Below are positions 15,856 through 17,369 of a stretch of 17,369 nucleotides of DNA, piece after piece. Every line of letters starts with the position of its first letter. Position 1 is the first letter of the stretch. Origin of the DNA: Candidatus Bruticola sp. (GTDB lineage Bacteria > Vulcanimicrobiota > Xenobia > Xenobiales > Xenobiaceae); the NCBI GenBank assembly GCA_051874735.1, contig JBJEGD010000009.1, forward strand, positions 1-17,369, in the 5' to 3' direction. The notes beneath the pieces were generated by a model. The model searched no databases, was not told the DNA's origin, and was given only the letters and a program-made list of their open reading frames with translations. A program made the translations under genes and the position numbers.

Positions 15856-15877
15856 TTTTAGTAGGTTATATTAGTTT

Positions 15878-15934
15878 AGGCCTTGAAAGGCTCTACAGTT
15901 TAAACTGCGGGATTTCAGGGCCTTTAACTTTTTT
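15878..15934 (+). terminator. Possible terminator or structured spacer between ileS and the radical SAM gene
   Basis: Stem AGGCCTTGAAA / TTTCAGGGCCT enclosing the palindrome CAGTTTAAACTG, followed by TTAACTTTTTT. The loop is large and the U-tract is offset. Confidence 0.45.
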
Positions 15935-15976
15935 GAATGGCTGTCCGCGCCGGGAATAGGGAAAAATATAAAAAAT

Positions 15977-17071
15977 ATGAACCGCACAGAATGGACTGAT
16001 CCTTTTAATTCTTTTAACTCTTGGAAAGGGTTAATGTATAAACAACAGTACGATTCTATAGTTAAGGGCGTTCTGCCGCCTCCAGTTGAGGCCAGTATCG
16101 ATCCTAGTTATCTTTGTAATGTTGATTGTATTTGGTGCAATTCCAGGCGCATTCTGCATACCGGCTTAGCTTCGCAATTGATGAGTGCAGAACATTTGGA
16201 GCGGTTGTGTAATTTCCTTATTGAATGGGGAGTGCAAGGCTTCTGCTTCGCTGGAGGAGGGGAACCTACTCTCAATCAGGCCCTTTGGAAAGTGCTGCAA
16301 AATGTTAAAAGCGCCGGCCGCCAAAACGCCATTATTACTAACGGTATAGCCATGAATACTCAGGCTAAACAGGAAATAGCCGCCCAAACCTGCCGTTGGG
16401 TGGGGTTCTCTCTTGACGCCGCTACTCCCGAATGTTTCGGTCGCGTCAAGTGTGTCGATCCTAAGTTCTTTAATGTCGTGCTCAACAATATAGGGTCGCT
16501 GGCTCAGATTGTACATGAGCAGAATCTGCCTTGCCAAATTGCTGTCAAATATTTGATTCATCCGGAAAATACTGGTGAAATAGCTGCGGCCTGCGCTATC
16601 GCTCGCGATTTGGGCGTTGCCCATTTCCACGCTCGTCCAGCTGCTTCAGAAAATATTGAGGGCCAGTCTCAAGTGCTTAACTTCAATATGGATGAAGTTA
16701 ATGAACAGTTGGAAAAATGTCTGTCTATGCAGACTAAAGATTTCAAAGTCTTTGGTGTGCGTCACAAATTTAATGCTACTTTTAATGTTGAACACGGATT
16801 TTCGCGCTGTATCTCCGCTCCGTTGTGCATTCAGTGCGGCGCCGACGGCAATGTTTATTTATGCAATGACTGGCGCGGCAATGCTGGCTTCCGTTTAGGG
16901 GCTCATTATCCTGATCCTGAACAAATTCTCGATTTTTGGGGCTCGAAAGCTCATTTGGAATTGATGCGCCGTGTTAACGTAGATAAATGTCCGCGTTGCA
17001 CTTACGGTATTTACGCTAAGCAAATAGAAAATGCCGTAGAGCATGATGGCATGTGCTACGCTTTCCCGTAA
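15977..17071 (+). CDS. Radical SAM protein with C-terminal twitch/SPASM-like auxiliary Fe-S domain; substrate unknown
   Basis: CNVDCIWC (CX3CX2C), GGGEP, ITNG and SLDA, plus C-terminal RC...GADGNVYLC...KCPRC. Confidence 0.9.
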   Translation: MNRTEWTDPFNSFNSWKGLMYKQQYDSIVKGVLPPPVEASIDPSYLCNVDCIWCNSRRILHTGLASQLMSAEHLERLCNFLIEWGVQGFCFAGGGEPTLNQALWKVLQNVKSAGRQNAIITNGIAMNTQAKQEIAAQTCRWVGFSLDAATPECFGRVKCVDPKFFNVVLNNIGSLAQIVHEQNLPCQIAVKYLIHPENTGEIAAACAIARDLGVAHFHARPAASENIEGQSQVLNFNMDEVNEQLEKCLSMQTKDFKVFGVRHKFNATFNVEHGFSRCISAPLCIQCGADGNVYLCNDWRGNAGFRLGAHYPDPEQILDFWGSKAHLELMRRVNVDKCPRCTYGIYAKQIENAVEHDGMCYAFP

Positions 17072-17122
17072 AATAAAGATTGCGTTTCTATTTTTAGCTT
17101 GTGACCCAGCTAAGCTGTGTTT

Positions 17123-17158
17123 AAAGCCGCTCTGCCTTAATCGGCAGAGCGGCTTTTT
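17123..17158 (+). terminator. Intrinsic terminator downstream of the radical SAM gene
   Basis: Perfect 14-bp stem AAAGCCGCTCTGCC / GGCAGAGCGGCTTT with a 6-nt loop, ending in a T5 run. Confidence 0.88.
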
Positions 17159-17291
17159 AGCGTTTCTGGCGCTTTATTTCAGACTGTTTCGCGGCCGCCT
17201 CTTCTGCGAAAAGATCTCTTGTTTACGAATAGCTGACCGGTAATAAAGAAGTGGCGGCCTAGAAAGTTGTTTACTTTTTTTTCTAAAGTAC

Positions 17292-17320
17292 TTGACATAA
17301 TAAGGTGTGCGCGTTAATAT
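17292..17320 (+). promoter_or_regulatory. Strong sigma70-type promoter firing out of the window, possibly an rRNA/stable RNA promoter
   Basis: TTGACA (17292-17297) - 17 bp - TAATAT (17315-17320), with an upstream T-tract resembling an UP element. Downstream are a hairpin GTCGC-GATGA-GCGAC and a boxA-like TTTGAAAAC. Confidence 0.7.
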
Positions 17321-17369
17321 ACTCGGGCAGTCGCGATGAGCGACCCGCAAACAGGTTTTGAAAACAGAA

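Noticed and set aside
10225-17243. Antisense and overlapping ORFs in the core genes, including the 230-aa ORF 13954-14646 and 17043-17243
   Set aside because: They are mostly codon-register mirrors of biased sense genes with no domain signal. ORF 17043-17243 runs through a terminator.
1-17369. CRISPR array, tRNA/rRNA genes, IS elements, recombinase
   Set aside because: No regularly spaced repeats, cloverleaf, rRNA-like sequence or transposase/integrase motifs were seen in the window.

Overview
The left ~10 kb is a restriction-modification defence cluster holding two different type I systems back to back. System 1 consists of the 3' end of a plus-strand hsdS half-gene, an inverted start-less hsdS C-terminal cassette and hsdR. 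A perfect 14-bp inverted repeat (28-41 / 701-714) brackets the inverted cassette, and flipping it would give an in-frame HsdS fusion, so this looks like an invertible, phase-variable specificity switch. Its hsdM and recombinase are not in the window. System 2 is a full hsdM-hsdS-hsdR operon whose hsdR is frameshifted at an A7 run near the 3' end. The right ~7 kb looks like core chromosome: a low-molecular-weight protein tyrosine phosphatase, an iron-containing alcohol dehydrogenase, a type-2 isoleucyl-tRNA synthetase with a non-canonical GVHH in place of the HIGH motif, an orphan radical SAM enzyme with a twitch/SPASM-like tail, and at the very end a near-consensus sigma70 promoter with an rRNA-leader-like sequence. 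A short AGTT-W(0-2)-AACTG(C) palindrome recurs in five intergenic regions. All calls come from reading motifs by eye; no database searches were run.
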